Source: a virus
Lineage: Duplodnaviria > Caudoviricetes
IMG/VR virus record: IMGVR_UViG_3300042311_001046
Coordinates: 1-53,986 of that record
Strand: one strand, 5' to 3'
DNA length: 53,986 bases
The notes below the pieces were generated by a model, which was not told the origin of the DNA, did not search any database, and was given only the letters and a program-made list of their open reading frames with translations. Below are positions 50,501 to 53,986 of the stretch, one piece after another. The position numbers and the translations under genes are program-made. Within the stretch, counting starts at the first letter, position 1. Each line of letters begins with the position of its first letter.

Positions 50501-52602
50501 CCTGAAGTTCGGAAATTAAATCCTTGAGTTGCACATACTAAACTAGTATCATACCTTGACAAGAAATAAGTTTCTAATTCAGAACAGGCCGTTGCGGTTG
50601 TAAAATTCACTGTTGCAGGTGAACCACATCCCGCTCCACTATTATAAGTGTAAGCGGATACCCCATTGATTGACACCAACCCACTAGGAGCGGCACATGA
50701 AGGTGTGTTAGTTTGTGTTGGAGTTTGAGATTGGGTATTTGAAGGAGTTTGAGTGTTTGTTTGAGTTTGAGTTGGTGTAACACCATCTATAGTTGGTGTA
50801 TTAGTATTAGTATTTGTTGGTGTATTTGTTGGTGTTGGTGTAAGGGTTGGAGTTTGTGTTTGTGTTGGTGGTGGAGGTGGGGCGGCACAGAAGTATATAT
50901 CAACTATTTCACAGTTTAATACTGTAATTATATTAATACCTTCTGTTTTATTGACATCATTGTTATAGTCAATAGCGTTAACCCAATATCTACCATTTTC
51001 TAAATTACAAAGACAAGAAGTGTTTGCGGTATTATATACTTTTGCACCAATACTAAAAGCGGTAACTTGAATTGCTAATCCAACGTTTGCTGGTGAAATA
51101 TTATTAACGTATTCCTCGGTATAATTAGCGCATCCTTCATTATTATCGAGTCCAGTAATAATCCACAGGATACCTTGTCCAACGCTGGGGCCTGTCCAAT
51201 ATCTTTCTACGACAGCAATTTGTATTAGACCGCCTGGTTTAGCACAAGTCTTTGTTGGCGTTTGAGTTGTGGTATTTGTAGGAGTCGCGGTATTTGTAGG
51301 AGTCGCGGTATTTGTAGGAGTTACAGTATTTGTTGGTGTTTCAGTTATGGTCGCAGAAGGAGTTACAGTATTTGTTGGTGTTTCAGTTATGGTCGCAGAA
51401 GGGGTTGCAGTATTTGTTGGACTTATTGAAGGGGTAGGAGTTATAGTTGGACTTTGTGTCGGAGTAGAAGTATTTGTTGCCGTATTTGTTGGGGTTTGTG
51501 TCTTTGTTGCCGTGTTAGATGGTGTATTTGTAGGTGTAGAAGTATTTGTTTGAGTTGGTGTTTGAGTAAATGGGGGACATCCTGGTAAATCAGCACAGAA
51601 TCCCAAAGGGGATGCAATTAATATATTTGCATCAGTAGATGAGACCGATTGGGCACAAAGGTAAGTAAATCCAGGCGGTGCTAATTCAAAAGGATAAAAA
51701 ATCGCATTACAATCCCTTTTTACATAAGGGACATTTCCACCAGATGTATTATTTAATTCCCAACAATAGCAAGGACCAGGTGTTCCTGTATTAGTCTGAG
51801 TATTTGTTGTAGTATTTGTAGGAGTTACAGTATTTGTCGGAGTTTGAGTAGGAGTTTTTGTATTTGTCGGAGTTTGAGTTGGTGTTCTTGTAGTGGTCGG
51901 AGTTTGAGTTTGAGTTCTGGTATTAGTTTGAGTTTGAGTTCTTGTTGGAGTATTTGTTCTTGTAGGAGTTTGGGTTCTAGTTGATGTTTTAGTAGTTGTG
52001 GGGGTCTGAGTATTAGTTGGGGTATTTGTTCTTGTAGGGGTTGGAGTTTTAGTTTGAGTTCTTGTTTGTGTTGATGTTCTTGTATTAGTGGGGGTTTGAG
52101 TTCTAGTGACAGTGTTAGTAGGAGTTTGTGTTGGAGTTGTAGTGTTAGTAGGAGTTTGTGTTGGGGTTGACGTACTTGTTCGAGTTGGAGTTTTAGTAGG
52201 AGTTGGAGTTTTAGTTTGAGTTCTAGTAGGAGTTGGAGTTTTAGTTTGAGTTCTAGTATTAGTAGGAGTTTTAGTTTGAGTTCTAGTATTAGTAGGAGTT
52301 TTAGTTTGAGTTCTAGTATTAGTAGGAGTTGGAGTTGGTGTTTTGGTATTTGTAGGCGTATTAGTATTAGTAGGAGTATTAGTGGGCGTCTCAGCAATTG
52401 TCGGAGTGTTAGTGGGTGTTGTAAAAGGGGTAGGAGTGTTAGTTGGAGTGGGTGGTGGGATGGACGCAACACCAGGTGCAGGGGCAATTTTAAAAATCGT
52501 GACAATAGCCTTTAAGAAGGTTTTTATACCGTTATTAATTACATTGATTTTCGAACCGTCGAATAATCTGCCCGCTCTTTGTGGTCTGTTTTGTAAACCC
52601 AT
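47581..52602 (-). CDS. 1673-aa modular protein: mucin-like Thr/Pro tracts, Cys-rich repeats, PKD-like domain, LRRs and two beta-barrel inserts
   Basis: TPT tracts; three CxxP...CxC modules; LDWGDG; LxxLxLxxN repeats; two ATLT...AHNF.AGQ.V...GTYTI...F.Y units. Confidence 0.85.
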   Translation of the reverse strand: MGLQNRPQRAGRLFDGSKINVINNGIKTFLKAIVTIFKIAPAPGVASIPPPTPTNTPTPFTTPTNTPTIAETPTNTPTNTNTPTNTKTPTPTPTNTRTQTKTPTNTRTQTKTPTNTRTQTKTPTPTRTQTKTPTPTKTPTRTSTSTPTQTPTNTTTPTQTPTNTVTRTQTPTNTRTSTQTRTQTKTPTPTRTNTPTNTQTPTTTKTSTRTQTPTRTNTPTRTQTQTNTRTQTQTPTTTRTPTQTPTNTKTPTQTPTNTVTPTNTTTNTQTNTGTPGPCYCWELNNTSGGNVPYVKRDCNAIFYPFELAPPGFTYLCAQSVSSTDANILIASPLGFCADLPGCPPFTQTPTQTNTSTPTNTPSNTATKTQTPTNTATNTSTPTQSPTITPTPSISPTNTATPSATITETPTNTVTPSATITETPTNTVTPTNTATPTNTATPTNTTTQTPTKTCAKPGGLIQIAVVERYWTGPSVGQGILWIITGLDNNEGCANYTEEYVNNISPANVGLAIQVTAFSIGAKVYNTANTSCLCNLENGRYWVNAIDYNNDVNKTEGINIITVLNCEIVDIYFCAAPPPPPTQTQTPTLTPTPTNTPTNTNTNTPTIDGVTPTQTQTNTQTPSNTQSQTPTQTNTPSCAAPSGLVSINGVSAYTYNSGAGCGSPATVNFTTATACSELETYFLSRYDTSLVCATQGFNFRTSGGSLEINTRVYNNTGTSCLCNIPNGFYWVNLDNNARTATLIRIVNCVITQSLDCCVKPTVQSVRIAQNLWVSEAAYLANAPGGFITNAAGLSSAAQACSRYNNDIVNGAYIDPINGAVLGLSYPLPYDPVSFSGAVLNQRRWFNNSQGNGCSCPNPGSRTGLVNYTDPTQLPTPTSGAWFIRWTLSTLDGSCNVTELSYCGPIPGPTPTQTQTPTVTQTPSQTPNPVLEIGNIPGTNPLVFNLRTIGGSSTGTLDWGDGTNQSATWDATGTGTNFPKTYANNSFVAKLSNVSNFGALGEVQFTRISSIGGPLIFQQSSFPNTTKMTISSSRLTNFNISLGAFDELEMINSTADGIFTPFLNFNPSDGSLLKSIKMTNIPIQVFQPNLSTFTSLTAITISYTNNSSTSTLQPNFQSVTLNGPSSLRDFNLTLASGPNQPAGFTFSILNPLNLTSLTGLNLSNSALRVFDVTLPKSLRILNLDNTTEGPGSGARNRITNFNPTIPIDSELRELNVESNVNLSQFTSQIINCSQLRRVILSDNALTTFPIFPNSTEYIEFDGNGLSGPFNNNLLPTNIRELYLQRSAVNQFRTNPITIFTNNFPNSLHTLDVSSNSSLTQINVQGLGMTSLTISSNVVSVFDFSLFPALKTLTNQRQTAGTSRVFNRFLNLSTHSNIETITSLQNQFGGLFVQIQRVQILSNVATLTATTAHNFTAGQQVSVFINQNGTYNGTYTIISTPTTTSFTYNIIAANNGPANVTAASTYASVGGGADAVCSGNWPSSLRTLNLSSTHGTTNDVTNANNFFFSNWNKSFITATNLRTLNLQNCGISRTGVDLIICSIKDSVVGNFGVNPRTAGTISINNTIATPTAALNSAPSGFISITNKVLNANVATLTTSVAHNFLAGQTVVVSGVDAIFDGTYTINAGPGANTFSYNRTNGNIGSAAATGQAITTNSGTFCRNILIAAPYNWTVTTA
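51271..51402. repeat. 18-bp and 42-bp tandem repeats in a PT tract
   Basis: GGTATTTGTAGGAGTCGC x2, then a 42-bp unit at 51316-51357 repeated at 51358-51399. Confidence 0.9.
52201..52330. repeat. 30-bp tandem repeat (about 4 copies) encoding TNTRTQTKTP
   Basis: AGT(T/A)GGAGTTTTAGTTTGAGTTCTAGTA(GG/TT) units head-to-tail with no spacers. Confidence 0.92.
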
Positions 52603-53986
52603 TATCTATTTCCTCCGAATAACCAATTATAGTTCATATAATCATTTTTTGTAGGCTGATTATTAACTTGTTTTACATCAGATATTGTCGGATTAAAATA
52701 ATCTGAATGACTTCTTGTATTTGTGTTAACTTGCCAAGATTCTAACATTGCTTTTGTATGTTGTGTTACTTTTGATATTGATGTAAATGAAGATTCTGAA
52801 ACATAAGTACACATTGATACTGACATAATTAAGTCATCGTGATGTCCTTTTTGGTGGTCGGGTCTTCCATTAATATATATAAAGGTTCCCATTTCATTTA
52901 ATAATCTTGATGAATAAATTTTAAATCCGTGCCTTAAATGCTCCTCAAAAGAGGCAATAATCTGAACTCTTTTATTATTGAAGTTAATTCCAGGTATTTT
53001 ATCTTGAGTTTTTGGGTCATATTTCCACTTATTAAAATGGTCTACACCATCAACATATAAATCTTTATATCCAAGTTCTTGTAGTTTCCTTGCGGTTGTT
53101 ACACCCATTCCTCCTGTTATATCAATAACTATAAACGCTGAGTACATATTTCCCCATTTGTAACAAATTTCAGCTAAAGTATCTGGTGGCATTTTTCCAA
53201 CATATTCAAATACTTGTTCCCTTTCATCAAAGTCAATAATCTGAATTGATGAAAAGTCCTCAGAATCCCCACGACTAACATCGACCCCCATTATATATTT
53301 GTGTCCTATTACAGGTTCTTTCCATATCCATATTGAACCTCCCATCATTTTGTTTGATGGTTCCTTAATCATATTCTCTCTATAGTTTTGGAGCATTTCA
53401 GCATCAAATACGTTGTCACCAGACCCAAGGAATTTACACTCTAATTCTTGGTTAACTTTTCTTCTGTCGTACTTGAGTTTTTTAACCATCGACTCATACC
53501 AAGAAGAGGTAGGTTTATATCCTTTAGAAATTAAATCTTTAACATCTTCAAAATTTCTTTCTTTAAATGGAATCATTGAATAGTCGACAGATTCCACTTC
53601 AGGATATTCATCTCTATTTAAATAAAAATGTATTACATCATTAACTTTAATAAGAGATAAATCTTTAGCATATCTTGGGTCTTTAAACCACACCATCTCT
53701 GAAACCTTAAACTCATTCATATTACGAAGAGCTTGGTCATAGATTTCATAATAAATTGGGTCAAATCCGTTTGGAGTTGAAATTACTATTACTTTACCTC
53801 CTGTTGAGAGGGACGCCATACAAGCTGCCCAAAAGTCAGAATCGGCTTCGATATATGCCGCCTCGTCAAATATTAATATGGTTGGGGTATAACCTCTGAG
53901 AGCGTCCTTAGATGTTGCAACGGCTTTAACTTCACATCCATTATTTAATTTAAAGTGTCTTTGTGAGTTTTTCTCAGCGGAAAATC
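52602..53986 (-). CDS. Large terminase subunit (T4 gp17-like), 5'-truncated by the window
   Basis: The frame stays open upstream of Met 53819 (..ALRGYTPTILIFDEAA, Walker B); ISTPNG, QELEC, GVDVSRG and HDDL motifs. Confidence 0.95.
   Translation of the reverse strand, partial: FSAEKNSQRHFKLNNGCEVKAVATSKDALRGYTPTILIFDEAAYIEADSDFWAACMASLSTGGKVIVISTPNGFDPIYYEIYDQALRNMNEFKVSEMVWFKDPRYAKDLSLIKVNDVIHFYLNRDEYPEVESVDYSMIPFKERNFEDVKDLISKGYKPTSSWYESMVKKLKYDRRKVNQELECKFLGSGDNVFDAEMLQNYRENMIKEPSNKMMGGSIWIWKEPVIGHKYIMGVDVSRGDSEDFSSIQIIDFDEREQVFEYVGKMPPDTLAEICYKWGNMYSAFIVIDITGGMGVTTARKLQELGYKDLYVDGVDHFNKWKYDPKTQDKIPGINFNNKRVQIIASFEEHLRHGFKIYSSRLLNEMGTFIYINGRPDHQKGHHDDLIMSVSMCTYVSESSFTSISKVTQHTKAMLESWQVNTNTRSHSDYFNPTISDVKQVNNQPTKNDYMNYNWLFGGNR

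Noticed and set aside
51269-52654. Alternative-frame ORFs (e.g. 51825-52505 LLLILELKLKL repeats) and a possible CRISPR array
   Set aside because: The repeats are head-to-tail without spacers and encode Thr/Pro tracts; the other frames are open only because of the repeat.
52602-53819. 405-aa ORF as a complete or split terminase, or one containing an intein
   Set aside because: The frame continues to the window end through Walker B, so the listed Met is internal; no intein motifs in the visible part.
1-53986. Stop-codon reassignment, tRNA genes, integrase or transposase
   Set aside because: Core genes are full length in code 11, with TAG and TGA used as real stops; intergenic gaps are short and AT-rich with no cloverleaf; no recombinase motifs were recognised.

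Overview
AT-rich, densely coding segment of a large tailed dsDNA phage with T4-like head genes, read in the standard genetic code. The host is probably a Bacteroidota bacterium: the bS21 is Flavobacterium-like, gene starts are A-rich without Shine-Dalgarno sequences, and DUF4494- and DUF6576-like domains are present. Left to right: (1) 1-12204, minus strand: modular Pro/Thr-linker and fibre-like proteins, including a truncated ORF of at least 1490 aa that the ORF track missed and a LamG-like gene that appears split in two around a 5.4-kb block bounded by an in-frame 9-bp direct repeat. (2) 12251-14827: small putative virion proteins, including a stand-alone WYL protein. (3) 14944-30307: a large glycosylation and nucleotide-sugar cluster with about 7 glycosyltransferase-like genes, 2 GMD-family enzymes, a sugar C-methyltransferase, 2 FkbM methyltransferases, a GNAT and a cytidylyltransferase, plus an exonuclease, dUTPase and PhoH. 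(4) A gp55-like sigma factor, a baseplate spike and other structural genes. (5) 39862-53986: major capsid protein, scaffold, prohead protease, an antisense ribosomal protein bS21, portal, a 1673-aa mucin-like/LRR protein and the large terminase (truncated). A TATTTAT motif precedes 12 late-type genes. All functional calls come from motifs recognised by eye; no searches were run.
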